This document shows positions 19,876 through 31,063 of a stretch of DNA of 64,000 nt, one piece after another. Location: positions 10,258 through 74,257 of the forward strand of contig BJGE01000003.1 in NCBI GenBank assembly GCA_014190275.1, written 5' to 3'. The stretch comes from Actinomycetes bacterium (GTDB lineage: Bacteria; Actinomycetota; Actinomycetes; S36-B12). Each line of letters begins with the position of its first letter. Position 1 is the first letter of the stretch. Below the pieces are notes generated by a model. The model was not told the DNA's origin. It saw nothing but the letters and a program-made list of their open reading frames with translations, and did no database searches. A program made the position numbers and the translations under genes.

Positions 19876-20601
19876 TCAAGGCGCGACGCGTCCGGCAGCG
19901 ATGAACGCCGCGTGGGTAAGGGGCATCAACTCGGCCCATTTATCCTCATAAACCTCCGCCACCATCTCAATCTCGCGCTGCGGGTACGACGGGTATTGCG
20001 AGCCCTCCACTTTGCGGCGCAGGGATAGGAAATTCATTAGCGCCCGGGCATTCATGGTCACGTAGGCACTTGAATAGATCGACACCGGTAGCACCATGCG
20101 CGCCACCTCGCGGGCAATACCGGCGGCCAGCATGTCTTGGTAGGCCACATAGGCCGCCCGGCAGGACTCCCGCATGGCAGACTCAATCAACTCGTATTGC
20201 CCATCAGTACCCGGCAGGAACTCATAGGCGCCCGTTTTCCCGACCTGGACCACATTGCGCGAGCGGTTGGGCACATAAAAGACCGGCTGGAGCTCGCGAT
20301 AGCGGCCTGATTCTTCGTTGTAGCTGGCGACGCGATGGCGCATGTGCTCACGCCAGACAAAGATTGGCGCTTGCACAAAAAAGGTCATGGAGTTGTGCTC
20401 GAACGGGCTGCCGTGCCGTTCTCGCATCAAGTAGCTGATCAAGCCCTTGGCCGAAGCCGGATCGGCCTGCAGATCTTCCAACGACTGCTCACCGGCCGTT
20501 GACACCCGAGCCGCAAACACCACATCTGCATCACTCGCACCCGCGCGCACTAATTCAACGGTGACATCACTGCGAAATTGCAATCCTGGAATCTCTACCA
20601 C
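19876..20601 (-). CDS. thyX: FAD-dependent thymidylate synthase
   Basis: The ThyX signature RHRVASYNEESGRY is present. The thyX-dapA-rnj order matches mycobacteria. Confidence 0.95.
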   Translation of the reverse strand: MVEIPGLQFRSDVTVELVRAGASDADVVFAARVSTAGEQSLEDLQADPASAKGLISYLMRERHGSPFEHNSMTFFVQAPIFVWREHMRHRVASYNEESGRYRELQPVFYVPNRSRNVVQVGKTGAYEFLPGTDGQYELIESAMRESCRAAYVAYQDMLAAGIAREVARMVLPVSIYSSAYVTMNARALMNFLSLRRKVEGSQYPSYPQREIEMVAEVYEDKWAELMPLTHAAFIAAGRVAP

Positions 20602-20676
20602 GTCGCCAGTCTACCGGGACGGCCGACTCAAACGCGCGTTGCTGCGCGCGTGCCTGGGGCAAGGCACAATGGTGGG

Positions 20677-21228
20677 GTGCCAACCGGAGTCCGACCCGCC
20701 CGAACGCCAGATGTCGATGACATTGCCGCACTACAAATTCGCGCCTGGCGAACCAACTTCGCTCAGGTCTTGCCCCCGGCCGAATTGGCCGCGCTGGATC
20801 CCGCCGATCTTGCCATGACGTGGGCCTCAGCAATCTTGAATCCACCCACCCCGAGCCACCGACTCCTGGTCGCCGTAGATGGTGCAAGTGGCTCAGATTC
20901 ACTCGCTGGTTACTCGGCTTTCGGTGTCAGCGGCGACCCGGATGCGGACGAAAACACGGCTGAGTTGCTCGCCTTGGTGGTTGATCCAGATCGCACCCGA
21001 CAAGGCCACGGATCCAGACTGCTCACCGCAGCAGTGGATCACCTGCGTGCCGCTGGGTTCTTGACACTAGCGACTTGGTTACCGATGGCTGATGGGATTT
21101 CCCGGACCTTTTTTGGCTCAAGTGGCTGGGGCCCAGACTCCGCCTACCGGGATCGAGTCATCAGTGCTGACAAAGTCCTGCGCGAGGTTCGATTGGTAAC
21201 TGATATCCGCCAACAATTTGACGACTGA
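20677..21228 (+). CDS. GNAT family N-acetyltransferase
   Basis: The ORF frame runs 20578..21228. I chose the GTG at 20677 to avoid overlapping the divergent thyX start. The acetyl-CoA motif region LVVDPDRTRQGHGSRLL (Q/RxxGxG/A) is present. Confidence 0.7.
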   Translation: MPTGVRPARTPDVDDIAALQIRAWRTNFAQVLPPAELAALDPADLAMTWASAILNPPTPSHRLLVAVDGASGSDSLAGYSAFGVSGDPDADENTAELLALVVDPDRTRQGHGSRLLTAAVDHLRAAGFLTLATWLPMADGISRTFFGSSGWGPDSAYRDRVISADKVLREVRLVTDIRQQFDD

Positions 21229-21235
21229 ACAAAAG

Positions 21236-21266
21236 CGGCCGGCGGATCCCCCGCGCCCGCCGGCCG
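21236..21266 (-). terminator. Intrinsic terminator-like hairpin downstream of the flavoprotein gene
   Basis: A perfect 10-bp GC stem (cggccggcgg / ccgccggccg) encloses an 11-nt loop. On the minus strand it is followed by TTTTGTT. On the plus strand it lacks a T tail. Confidence 0.55.
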
Positions 21267-21393
21267 AAAATGGACTCAGGCCGCCTAACCATGGACCAGC
21301 GGCTAATAGATTTATCGAGAATATGGGTCATTCGCCTCGAGCGGGGGGGAATTCAACCCATTGCGTTCGCCCTGCCCCTTTGCCCAGCGTCAC

Positions 21394-23067
21394 TTACGTC
21401 GCCACCCGGGTAAATACCCCGGGGTTCATGATCCCGGTGGGGTCAAGTTCGGCTTTAATCGCCGTTAGCAGGCCAATGCCACGCGCACCAATTTCAGCCG
21501 CCAGCCATGGCTCGTGATCTCGTCCGATGCCATGGTGGTGGGTAATAGTCCCGCCCGCTGGTTGCAGGGAAGCACTAATCGACTTCTTCGCAGAAGTCCA
21601 CCGGGCGATGGACTCCGGGCCACCTCGATCAATTACGGTGAAATAAAGGGACGCTCCAGTTTCGTACACGTGGGAAATATGCGTCATGACATACGGGGTG
21701 TGCCCGTTACCACCTAGTGAGCTCAGCGCAGCGCCCCTAGCAACTTGGTGCAGGTTTGGTAGATCGACCCAGGCCCCGGCCGTCTCAAACGTCTCGACCA
21801 AGTAGCCGCTGTCCAGCAGCGTGTCACGTAAAAACGGCCCCGAAAAACGGCCGTGCTCCCAACTGGCGCCAACCCCCTTACCGATCGAGACTACCCCGAA
21901 CTTTTTTAGGACCGTCCAAGCTGCATCACGATGCGCATCCAAAAGCGTGGTCGAATGCTCCTCCCAGCCAAGGATCAGCAGCACCCCAGCCGGCACCCCT
22001 CGAAAAGCTAAATAGCGATCAAAAATTTTGCGTTTCACTCCACTTGGCCCTGACATCGCAAGGGTCGCCAAGGTTTCGTCCACATCCGAAAGCCGCATCA
22101 CCGCACCGGTTAAATTCAACTGCGCCAACTCTCGGCAAGCCGCAACCCCAGCGGCAAAGGACGGTGCCATCGCGCCCTCGTAAAACCGTGCCTTCGGGGT
22201 GCGCCGCACTCTCATGGTGACTTCGGTGATTACGCCAAAAGCGCCCTCGCTACCAAGTGCCAATTGCAGCAAGCTCGGCCCGGCGGCGCTCGCCGGCACT
22301 CGACCCGCAGACCAGGTACCAACCGGCGTCGCAAGGGTCACCGCTTCGATCATGTCGTCAATTCGACCGTACCCACTTGATGCCTGACCCGCTGAGTGCG
22401 TTGCGGCGTAACCCCCGATGGTTGCTCGCTCCCAAGATTGCGGTAGGTGACCTAAAGTGAATCCGCGCGCATCCAACAACCGCTCGAGTACCGGGCCGGT
22501 CATGCCCGGTTGCACTCGAACCAGACCGGATACTTCATCAAGGCCGACGAAGTCGCTGAGTCGTTCCAGACTGATCACGATTCCCACCGGGCCTGCCGGC
22601 CGCGTCACACCGCCAACGACAGAGGTACCGCCACCGAACGGCACCACATCAATCTGCTGCTCAACGCAAATGCGCAGCACCCTCAGCACCTCATCATGGG
22701 TTGCTGGCTGGACGACAGCATCCGGGACACAACCGGTATCAGCGGCCCGCCGCTGCATCATGTCGACATAAGACATCCCGCGACTGTGCAGCAACCGTGT
22801 CATCGGGTCCACCAGCACTTGTGCCTGCCCAACCGCAGCAGCCAGTGCCGTGCTTGCCGCGGCCGGTAGCCTGCTCGGTGGCACCGAGAGTGGCGTGACC
22901 GGAACAACCGAGCCCGACGTAGCCAACCCCACCTGTGCCCCCAAGAAGCGCTGGGCTGGCCCGCTTAGGGTCACCGGCGCGGCTGGTCGGCCCCATCGGG
23001 TGAGCCGATCGAGGGGGTCTGGGGTCAGTGCATCGGAGTCGACGGTCACTATGAAAGCCTGACACAT
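21394..23067 (-). CDS. FAD-linked oxidase, alkylglycerone-phosphate-synthase-like flavoprotein (Rv2251-like)
   Basis: The 557-aa ORF has a PCMH-type FAD-binding domain (DVVPFGGGTSVVGG) and the C-terminal motif ITHHHGIGRDH. Confidence 0.85.
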   Translation of the reverse strand: MCQAFIVTVDSDALTPDPLDRLTRWGRPAAPVTLSGPAQRFLGAQVGLATSGSVVPVTPLSVPPSRLPAAASTALAAAVGQAQVLVDPMTRLLHSRGMSYVDMMQRRAADTGCVPDAVVQPATHDEVLRVLRICVEQQIDVVPFGGGTSVVGGVTRPAGPVGIVISLERLSDFVGLDEVSGLVRVQPGMTGPVLERLLDARGFTLGHLPQSWERATIGGYAATHSAGQASSGYGRIDDMIEAVTLATPVGTWSAGRVPASAAGPSLLQLALGSEGAFGVITEVTMRVRRTPKARFYEGAMAPSFAAGVAACRELAQLNLTGAVMRLSDVDETLATLAMSGPSGVKRKIFDRYLAFRGVPAGVLLILGWEEHSTTLLDAHRDAAWTVLKKFGVVSIGKGVGASWEHGRFSGPFLRDTLLDSGYLVETFETAGAWVDLPNLHQVARGAALSSLGGNGHTPYVMTHISHVYETGASLYFTVIDRGGPESIARWTSAKKSISASLQPAGGTITHHHGIGRDHEPWLAAEIGARGIGLLTAIKAELDPTGIMNPGVFTRVAT

Positions 23068-24603
23068 ATGAGCACGGATTTTCTCCCGGTAGGTGATCCA
23101 TTGGCCGACCTTTCCCCAGCCCGACGCCGCGGTGATGAAAAGGCACTGACGACAACCGTTTTTGACGTGATTGTCATCGGCGGCGGTATCACGGGAGCCG
23201 GAATAGCCCTTGATGCCGCAACCCGAGGGCTAAGCGTCTTGCTCCTCGAAGCCCAAGATCTAGCATTTGGCACCTCTCGGTGGTCTAGCAAGTTGGTGCA
23301 CGGGGGCCTGCGCTACCTGGCCAATGGTCAAGTGGACGTCGCTTGGGAAAGTGCCGTGGAACGCGGCCACCTGATGACCAGCATCGCACCCCATCTGGTG
23401 CGCGCTTTAGCTCAAGTAGTGCCCGTCATGGATGACACCGGCCTTGGTTCAGCCGCTCTAACCCGTGCCGGTTTCGCGGCTGGCGATGCGCTCCGAGCAC
23501 TGTCGCGCACTAGTAGGCATGTCCTGCCCGGAGCCAAGGTGATCAGTCCCGCCAAGACCCAACGGTTGCTACCGGCAATTGCTGTAACTCGGTTGCGCGG
23601 TGGGCTCCTAGCTTGGGATGGGCTTTTAGAGGATGACGCCCGCCTCGTGGTCTGCGTAGCTCGGACCGCAGCCGCTTACGGGGCTCGTATCCTCACCGGT
23701 TACCGGGTTTTGTCCGCTGATGGCACCGGCGTGCGTGTTGTCAATGAATCGGATGAGCAATTTGACGTACGCGCTAGGAATGTGATCAGCGCTACCGGGG
23801 TCTGGGCCGAGTCCTTTGATCCCCAAGTTGTCATCACGCCATCACGTGGCACCCACGTCGTGCTGCGGTCAGAAACCCTTAAACGGCCACGTGCTGCGAT
23901 GACAGTCCCCGTGCCTGAGATGCACGGTCGCTACTGCTTTGTGCTACCCAGACCCGATGGTCTTTTGCTCGCCGGCATCACCGATATTGACGAACCCGGC
24001 CCAATTCCGCAGGTGCCGAGTACTCCCGTAGCAGACATTGACTGGATCCTTGCCCAAGTCTCCCGGGTACTAGAAACTCCAATTAGTGCAGTTGACGCAG
24101 TTGGTGCGTTCACCGGACTGCGCCCACTAGTTGCACCACCTGAGGCACCAGGTAGCGAGACCGCCGATATCTCCCGCCGTCATCTGGTGCGCCGCGGTGA
24201 TAACGGCGTCATAACGGTAACCGGTGGCAAGCTCACGACGTACCGGCGAATGGCGCAAGATGCTGTCGATCTAATCTGCGATCAACCCTGCCGCACGACG
24301 AAGATCGCCCTCGTCGGGGCGGGGCCGCCCGCTCCTGCTTCAGCGACCCCCGCCCGATTGATACGCCGTTACGGGGCCGAAGCCGCCCGTGTTGCGGCAC
24401 TAGCTGATGAGCACCCCGAACTTCTTGAGCCACTAGCACCAGGTATCGGGGTGCGAGGTGTCGAGCTGGTGTTCGCGGTGCGGTGTGAAGGCGCTCGCAC
24501 GCTGGCCGATGTGCTGGAACGGCGCACGCGTCTTTCGCTTGTTCCCACGGATTTAGCCGCCGCCCTACCGCGCGCCGAGGAGATCCTTGACGCGTTCATC
24601 TGA
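23068..24603 (+). CDS. glpD: FAD-dependent glycerol-3-phosphate dehydrogenase
   Basis: The 511-aa ORF has the dinucleotide fold DVIVIGGGITGAGIALDAATRG and GlpD-like sequence throughout. Confidence 0.9.
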   Translation: MSTDFLPVGDPLADLSPARRRGDEKALTTTVFDVIVIGGGITGAGIALDAATRGLSVLLLEAQDLAFGTSRWSSKLVHGGLRYLANGQVDVAWESAVERGHLMTSIAPHLVRALAQVVPVMDDTGLGSAALTRAGFAAGDALRALSRTSRHVLPGAKVISPAKTQRLLPAIAVTRLRGGLLAWDGLLEDDARLVVCVARTAAAYGARILTGYRVLSADGTGVRVVNESDEQFDVRARNVISATGVWAESFDPQVVITPSRGTHVVLRSETLKRPRAAMTVPVPEMHGRYCFVLPRPDGLLLAGITDIDEPGPIPQVPSTPVADIDWILAQVSRVLETPISAVDAVGAFTGLRPLVAPPEAPGSETADISRRHLVRRGDNGVITVTGGKLTTYRRMAQDAVDLICDQPCRTTKIALVGAGPPAPASATPARLIRRYGAEAARVAALADEHPELLEPLAPGIGVRGVELVFAVRCEGARTLADVLERRTRLSLVPTDLAAALPRAEEILDAFI

Positions 24604-25270
24604 CGGTCGTCGCCGCCCAATTACCTCAAGTGCGATCGGGATCGGCTTAGCTACCGGAGCCTACGGGCTTTCTTTCGGCGCCATCAGCGTTGCCAGCGGC
24701 CTAACTACGATTCAGACGCAAACACTTTCGCTTCTAATGTTTACCGGCGCCTCGCAATTTGCTCTCGTCGGTGTGCTGGGCGCCGGAGGCGGCGCCATCG
24801 CAGCCGTGCTAACCGCCTGGCTCCTGGGTGCCCGTAACGGGCTTTACGCCTTACATCTCGCCCCCACTTTAAACCTCCACGGCTTTCGCAAGCCGGTGGC
24901 TGCGCAATTGACCATAGATGAGTCAACAGCTATGTCCATCGCGCACGAAACCACCGTGGCCGCCAGCCGACATGCCTTTTGGGCGACAGGAATCTCGGTG
25001 TACGTGCTTTGGAATCTCGGCACGTTACTCGGCGCCTTGGGTGCCTCCGCACTTGGTGACCCGGCTGTTCTAGGACTTGATGCTGCTATCCCCGCGGGGT
25101 TCCTTGCGCTCCTGTGGCCACGGCTACGCGATCGCACCGCATGGGCTATCGCCGCCGGTGGAGCCACGGTGGCACTGGTATTGACCCCATTGACACGCTC
25201 GGGTGTGCCAGTGCTGGCTTCTGCTCTCATCGCTGTTCTGGCTGGGTATCGCTTACGGGATCGCACATGA
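24587..25270 (+). CDS. azlC: AzlC family branched-chain amino acid exporter subunit
   Basis: The 227-aa membrane protein has a GAYGLSFGA...FTGASQF pattern typical of AzlC. The TTG start is uncertain. Confidence 0.8.
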   Translation: MTRSSDGRRRPITSSAIGIGLATGAYGLSFGAISVASGLTTIQTQTLSLLMFTGASQFALVGVLGAGGGAIAAVLTAWLLGARNGLYALHLAPTLNLHGFRKPVAAQLTIDESTAMSIAHETTVAASRHAFWATGISVYVLWNLGTLLGALGASALGDPAVLGLDAAIPAGFLALLWPRLRDRTAWAIAAGGATVALVLTPLTRSGVPVLASALIAVLAGYRLRDRT

Positions 25271-25578
25271 TCTGGGCCGCGGTGTTACTTGGCTCACTGG
25301 GTTGCTACCTCGAAAAACTCTTTGGTTTCATTCTGCCGCCAACACTTCTAGATCGCCCGATGATTCGCAGTGTGGCAGCACTGCTACCGATTGCCATGCT
25401 CTCAGCCTTGGTTGCGGTCCAGACATTCGGAGCCGGGCAATCACTTGTTATCGACGCACGCTTGGCCGGCGTGGTGGTCGCCGTTGTCGCGCTGTTATTG
25501 CGGGCACCATTCCTAGCGGTCGTGTTAGCGGCCGCGATCACCGCCGCCGTGCTTCGTGCATTCGGATTCGCGGCATGA
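25267..25578 (+). CDS. azlD: AzlD family small membrane subunit
   Basis: The 103-aa hydrophobic protein starts at an ATG that overlaps the azlC stop (ATGA). This is the classic azlCD pairing. Confidence 0.75.
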   Translation: MIWAAVLLGSLGCYLEKLFGFILPPTLLDRPMIRSVAALLPIAMLSALVAVQTFGAGQSLVIDARLAGVVVAVVALLLRAPFLAVVLAAAITAAVLRAFGFAA

Positions 25579-26078
25579 CCGAAGAACCACGTCGCCCGAT
25601 ATTTTGGTTTCTTTGGCCGGCGCCAAAGACCGCGGTCGACTCGCAATATCAACAAGTACGAATGATTCGGCTCCCGGCTCGGGGGCCCTGGCGCCTAGCC
25701 TTATTAGTGGGCGCCACCTTGCTCATCATCATGCTCGGCGGTGTGGCGCTCATGGGCTCGGCCGGCGCCGGGCCAATTCCGGTGCTTATCACCGGAGCCG
25801 TACTAGCCAGTGCGCTATTGATTTTGTTACGGGGTTGGTCAACCGGGACTTACGTCAATGACGCGGGCTTCGCCATCAGGCGCATGTTTATCTCACATAT
25901 TGAACCCTGGGCTAACCTGGTGGGTTTCGATCGCACTGGCGAGCGGATAGTCCTTCACTTAACTGATGGATCAACAATAAAGACCGGTATCGCCAAGAAC
26001 TCGCTCGACACTTGGTTACGACCCAGCGCCTACGACGCCGCCGCCATTGCGTTCGAGAATTGGTCGGGCAAAAACTAA
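25575..26078 (+). CDS. Hypothetical membrane protein (2 TM helices plus a small C-terminal beta-rich, PH-like domain)
   Basis: ATG 25575 overlaps the azlD stop (ATGA) and lies within the longer track ORF 25203..26078. Two hydrophobic helices are followed by a soluble C-terminal segment. I recognised no family. Confidence 0.55.
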   Translation: MTEEPRRPIFWFLWPAPKTAVDSQYQQVRMIRLPARGPWRLALLVGATLLIIMLGGVALMGSAGAGPIPVLITGAVLASALLILLRGWSTGTYVNDAGFAIRRMFISHIEPWANLVGFDRTGERIVLHLTDGSTIKTGIAKNSLDTWLRPSAYDAAAIAFENWSGKN

Positions 26079-26081
26079 GAC

Positions 26082-26843
<762 letters not shown>

Positions 26844-26878
26844 TTATCCGGGCCGGGAGGAAGACCCCTAAGGCTGGG

Positions 26879-28186
26879 CTAGATCCTCTCGGTGAAAACG
26901 GTCTCATCGGCAAATGGCCCGATAACCGCGAGCCGAGGTGGTGTGTTGAAGAGGTCACCGGCCACGGCATTGATCTCATCCGGGGTAACCGCATCAATTT
27001 TGGCGAGCAGCTGATCCAAACTAAGAAGTGGCTCGTCGTGAAGTTCTGAGCGTGCGATTCGAGTCATGCGGGCACTGGTGTCCTCTTGGCCGAGCACGGT
27101 AGATCCACGAACTTGACCCTTGCCCCGCTCGATCTCGTCCCTTGTGAGCCCCCCGCTGACCAAGGACTGCAACTCGGCTCTACAGACTTCTAAGACGGTC
27201 TTAACCTTGCCTGGTAGGCAGCCGACATAAATCCCGAACATGCCGTCATCGGCGAAGCCCTGCGAGAAGGCATAAACCGAATACGCCAGACCGCGCTTCT
27301 CGCGAATCTCTTGGAAAAGCCGGCTGCTCATCCCACCACCGAAAGCAGTGGTTAGAACCGCCAGCGCAAACCGGCGCTCATCGCTGCGGGCTGGGCCCGG
27401 CACGCCAAGAACCAAGTGGGCCTGCTCGGTCGGCCGATTGATTACCTTGATCCCCAAACCATGTTTAACCCTTTGCCCACGCTTACGCGCTGGCCGGGCC
27501 TCGGCAGTTTCATCCAAGTAATGCCCGAAGGCTTTCTTGACCAGCTTCACAACAACTTCGTGGTCAAGATTGCCCGCGGCGGCGATGACCATCGACTGTG
27601 GCTTGTATCGGCCGCGGTAAAACCTGTTAATAGCAGCACGAGGAATGGACTCAATTGTGTCGACCGTGCCCAACACCGGGCGACCGAGTGCCGTATCTGC
27701 GAAGAGCAACGAGGCAAACTCGTCATGTACAACATCGCTTGGATCATCGTCATGCATGGCGATTTCTTCGAGAATTACGCCACGTTCCGCCTCAACATCC
27801 TCAGGCAGAATCAGCGCATCATTTACGACATCGCTCACCACCTCTATCGCCAGTGGTAAATCCACATCCAGCACCCGCGCGTAATAGCAGGTGTACTCCT
27901 TCGTGGTGAAGGCATTAAGGTCGCCACCGACCGCCTCGATCGATGCTGAGATTTCTAGTGCGGAGCGCTTCGATGTGCCTTTGAAGAGTAAATGCTCAAG
28001 ATAGTGTGCCGAGCCCATCGCCGCGGCGGTCTCATCACGTGACCCAACGGCCACCCAAATACCGAATGCGACGGATCGAACTCCGGGTACTTGCTCGGTA
28101 ATAATTCGCAGTCCGCCCGGGAGGACGGTGCGGCGTACGGTGCTGCCGTCGCCCTCCCGGAGCAGGGTGCGGGTACTAGCCTTCAT
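26879..28186 (-). CDS. M16 (pitrilysin) family zinc peptidase, PepR-like
   Basis: The inverted zinc motif [10 protein letters not shown] is present. I chose the start at ATG 28186 ([20 protein letters not shown]), which overlaps the pnp stop by 11 nt. The upstream 137 codons of the track ORF overlap pnp and look non-coding. Confidence 0.88.
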   Translation of the reverse strand: MKASTRTLLREGDGSTVRRTVLPGGLRIITEQVPGVRSVAFGIWVAVGSRDETAAAMGSAHYLEHLLFKGTSKRSALEISASIEAVGGDLNAFTTKEYTCYYARVLDVDLPLAIEVVSDVVNDALILPEDVEAERGVILEEIAMHDDDPSDVVHDEFASLLFADTALGRPVLGTVDTIESIPRAAINRFYRGRYKPQSMVIAAAGNLDHEVVVKLVKKAFGHYLDETAEARPARKRGQRVKHGLGIKVINRPTEQAHLVLGVPGPARSDERRFALAVLTTAFGGGMSSRLFQEIREKRGLAYSVYAFSQGFADDGMFGIYVGCLPGKVKTVLEVCRAELQSLVSGGLTRDEIERGKGQVRGSTVLGQEDTSARMTRIARSELHDEPLLSLDQLLAKIDAVTPDEINAVAGDLFNTPPRLAVIGPFADETVFTERI

Positions 28187-30422
28187 TACCAGCGTTCGAA
28201 GCACCATCTTCGATAACTGGCACGAGCGACAACTTTCCTCGCGGATCGATCTCCTTGATCTCAACTTGGATCTTGTCGCCCACCTTGAGCACATCATCGA
28301 CACTTTCGACGCGCTTGCCACCGGCGAGCTTCTTGACCTCCGAGATGTGCAAGAGGCCATCCTTACCGGGCACCAAGGAGACGAAGGCACCAAAGGCTGC
28401 GGTCTTAACGACGGTGCCCAGGTAGCGTTCGCCAACTTCAGGCATCGTTGGGTTGGCGATCTGATTGATCTGCGAGCGAGCAGCTTCGGCCGATGGTCCA
28501 TCGGTTGCCCCGATATAGATCGTGCCGTCATCTTCAATCGAGATATCAGCCCCGGTTTCTTCCTGAATCTGGTTAATGATCTTGCCCTTCGGGCCAATCA
28601 CCTCACCTATCTTGTCCACCGGGATCTTGATGGAAATCACACGAGGTGCGGTAGCCGCCATCTCGTCAGGGCCGTCGATGGCCTCATTCATGACTTCAAG
28701 AATCGCTATGCGCGCGTTGTACGCCTGCGTGAGCGCACCCGCGAGCACAGATGCCGGGATGCCATCAAGTTTGGTGTCAAGTTGCAGTGCCGTGACAAAA
28801 TCCTTGGTGCCAGCAACTTTGAAGTCCATATCACCGAATGCATCTTCCGCTCCCAAAATATCGGTCAGGGCGACGTACTCGATCTTGCCGTCAACCTCAC
28901 CGGAGATCAGACCCATAGCGATACCTGCGACCGGAGCGCGAAGCGGCACACCAGCGTTGAGTAGCGACATCGTTGATGCGCATACCGACCCCATGGATGT
29001 GGATCCATTCGAACCCAGCGCCTCAGAAACCTGACGAATCGCGTAAGGGAACTCCGAGCGGGACGGGAGCACCGGGATCAAAGCCCGCTCGGCTAGTGCA
29101 CCGTGGCCGATTTCCCGACGCTTTGGTGAACCAACTCGACCGGTCTCACCGGTTGAGTAGGGCGGGAAGTTGTAGTTGTGCATATAACGCTTGCGGTTCT
29201 CCGGGTTCAAGGTGTCAAGCTGCTGTTCCATGCGCAACATATTCAAGGTTGTCACCCCAAGAATCTGGGTTTCACCGCGCTCGAAAAGGGCTGAGCCGTG
29301 AACGCGTGGCAGTACCTGGACCTCAGCCGACAATGTTCGTATATCGGTCAAGCCACGACCGTCAATACGCACCTTGTCACGAAGTACCCGGTCGCGCACA
29401 CATGACTTAGTGACCGACCGAAGCGCAGCCGAAAGCTCCTTCTCGCGGCCCGCAAATGAGCCGCCGAGTTCGGCCAGCACCTCACCCTTGATCTCATCAA
29501 GGCGGGCTTCGCGATCGGCCTTGCTAACTATGGTTAGTGCCTTGCGCACTGATTCATTCGCGCTCTTATCAACCGCCTCGTAGGCATCACTTTGGTATTC
29601 CAGGAAGATCGGGAAATCGACCGTGGGCTTGGCTGCTGCCTTGGCAAGGGTGATTTGCGCTTCACACAGGGCCCGAATGAACGGCTTAGCCGCTTCGAGG
29701 CCTGCAGCGACAACCGCCTCGGTCGGGGCCGTGGCCCCACCAGCGACGAGCTCGATCGTGCGATCGGTTGCCTCAGCTTCGACCATCATGATCGCGACAT
29801 CATCACCGGCGATCCGGCCCGCCACCACCATGTCGAAAACCGCGTCAGCTAGTTGCTCGTGCGTCGGGAACCCGACCCACTGTCCGCCGATAAGTGCTAC
29901 TCGCACGCCACCGATTGGTCCGCTAAAAGGTAAGCCGGAAAGCTGAGTTGACGCCGATGCGCCATTAATGGCAACAACGTCATAGAGATCATTTGGGTTT
30001 AGTGCCATTACGGTGATAACGACCTGAACCTCATTGCGCAAACCCTTGATAAAGGTTGGACGCAAGGGGCGGTCAATCAACCGGCAGGTCAAAATGGCAT
30101 CCTCGCTTGGACGACCCTCGCGGCGGAAGAACGAGCCCGGGATGCGACCGAGGGAATACATACGCTCTTCGACGTCGACAGTAAGGGGGAAGAAATCAAA
30201 TTGATCCTTCGGTGACTTACCAGCGGTCGTTGCGCTGAGTAGCATCGTTTCTTCATCGAGGTAGATGGCTACTGAACCAGCGGCCTGACGTGCCAACCGG
30301 CCGGTTTCAAACGTGATCGTGCGTGTACCAAACGAGCCGTTATCGATAACGGCCTTTGCTGTTGCAATCTGGGAACCCTCCACGGGTGCCTCCTGTTTCT
30401 GTGACAGGGGCGAGCGCGGCAT
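28176..30422 (-). CDS. pnp: Polyribonucleotide nucleotidyltransferase (PNPase/GpsI)
   Basis: The 748-aa ORF has two RNase PH domains, a KH domain ([16 protein letters not shown]) and an S1 domain ([15 protein letters not shown]). Confidence 0.97.
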   Translation of the reverse strand: MPRSPLSQKQEAPVEGSQIATAKAVIDNGSFGTRTITFETGRLARQAAGSVAIYLDEETMLLSATTAGKSPKDQFDFFPLTVDVEERMYSLGRIPGSFFRREGRPSEDAILTCRLIDRPLRPTFIKGLRNEVQVVITVMALNPNDLYDVVAINGASASTQLSGLPFSGPIGGVRVALIGGQWVGFPTHEQLADAVFDMVVAGRIAGDDVAIMMVEAEATDRTIELVAGGATAPTEAVVAAGLEAAKPFIRALCEAQITLAKAAAKPTVDFPIFLEYQSDAYEAVDKSANESVRKALTIVSKADREARLDEIKGEVLAELGGSFAGREKELSAALRSVTKSCVRDRVLRDKVRIDGRGLTDIRTLSAEVQVLPRVHGSALFERGETQILGVTTLNMLRMEQQLDTLNPENRKRYMHNYNFPPYSTGETGRVGSPKRREIGHGALAERALIPVLPSRSEFPYAIRQVSEALGSNGSTSMGSVCASTMSLLNAGVPLRAPVAGIAMGLISGEVDGKIEYVALTDILGAEDAFGDMDFKVAGTKDFVTALQLDTKLDGIPASVLAGALTQAYNARIAILEVMNEAIDGPDEMAATAPRVISIKIPVDKIGEVIGPKGKIINQIQEETGADISIEDDGTIYIGATDGPSAEAARSQINQIANPTMPEVGERYLGTVVKTAAFGAFVSLVPGKDGLLHISEVKKLAGGKRVESVDDVLKVGDKIQVEIKEIDPRGKLSLVPVIEDGASNAGNEG

Positions 30423-30597
30423 TGTTTCCGGGAGACGCGGTCATCGATCGAGGCCCACGGGAGCTAACTCCCGGAGGTCACTACCGAGGACCGACTCCAG
30501 GCGTTACGCATGCGCGAGCGCCCCGGATGTGTGTACTGGTGTGCCGTTCTTTAGTTGTCACCGGTTAACAACAGCCGGTGTTAAAAAGCCGTTGCTG
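30423..30597 (-). promoter_or_regulatory. Structured rpsO-pnp intergenic leader (candidate Actino-pnp type element)
   Basis: This 175-nt spacer has several mutually exclusive hairpins on the minus strand: CACCGG..CCGGTG, CCUGGAGUC..GACCUCCGGG and CGGGAG-uuag-CUCCCG. The position matches the PNPase autoregulatory leader known in other bacteria and the Rfam Actino-pnp motif. I did not verify the motif itself. Confidence 0.35.
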
Positions 30598-30867
30598 TTA
30601 CCGACGAATACCAAGGCGCTCGATGATCGTCCGGTAACGGGCGATCTCGGTCTTGGCCAAGTACTGCAGCAACCGGCGACGCTGCCCGACAAGGAGCAGC
30701 AGCCCACGGCGGCTGTGGTGATCGTGCTTGTGGCCCTTCAGGTGCTCGGTGAGGTCTGAAATGCGACGTGTGAGCATCGCGATTTGGACCTCGGGTGAGC
30801 CGGTATCGCCGGGCTTGGAGCCGTACTCAGCGATAATTGCTGCCTTGGTGGCAGTGTCAAGTGGCAT
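30598..30867 (-). CDS. rpsO: 30S ribosomal protein S15
   Basis: The 89-aa product [16 protein letters not shown]...[25 protein letters not shown] is canonical S15. The track ORF start at 30933 is an upstream extension. Confidence 0.95.
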   Translation of the reverse strand: MPLDTATKAAIIAEYGSKPGDTGSPEVQIAMLTRRISDLTEHLKGHKHDHHSRRGLLLLVGQRRRLLQYLAKTEIARYRTIIERLGIRR

Positions 30868-31063
30868 TTCTTCCTCTCGGGCGCACTCCCCGGCAGCACC
30901 GGTCGGCACTTTCGTAATCGACACGTATCGCAAAGCGCCCGCTTCACGACCGTCTTAAGACGCAGGCTACCAGTTCTGCCCGATTCGGCGAAATCCCTGT
31001 GCACCGGGCTGGTTGTGGGTCAATTCAGCGGTAATCGGGGCTGGGAACGGGCTGCGCGTGAAT

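Noticed and set aside
21236-21360. A cluster of common cloning sites (EagI x2, BamHI GGATCC, NcoI CCATGG, XhoI CTCGAG, EcoRI GAATTC) within about 120 nt, reminiscent of a polylinker
   Set aside because: About 1-2 palindromic hexamers are expected by chance in this length, and several of these belong to the GC-rich terminator stem. There is no vector-like flanking sequence, so I do not regard this as evidence of engineering.
28187-28597. An N-terminal 137-codon extension of the M16 peptidase ORF (track ORF 26879..28597)
   Set aside because: The extension overlaps the conserved 3' end of pnp in another frame and translates to Arg/Ser-rich nonsense. The internal ATG at 28186 gives the normal [11 protein letters not shown]-terminus.
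28128-28964. A 278-aa plus-strand ORF opposite pnp
   Set aside because: It lies entirely antisense to a strongly conserved PNPase coding region. The translation is low-complexity with no recognisable motifs, which is a typical high-GC shadow ORF.
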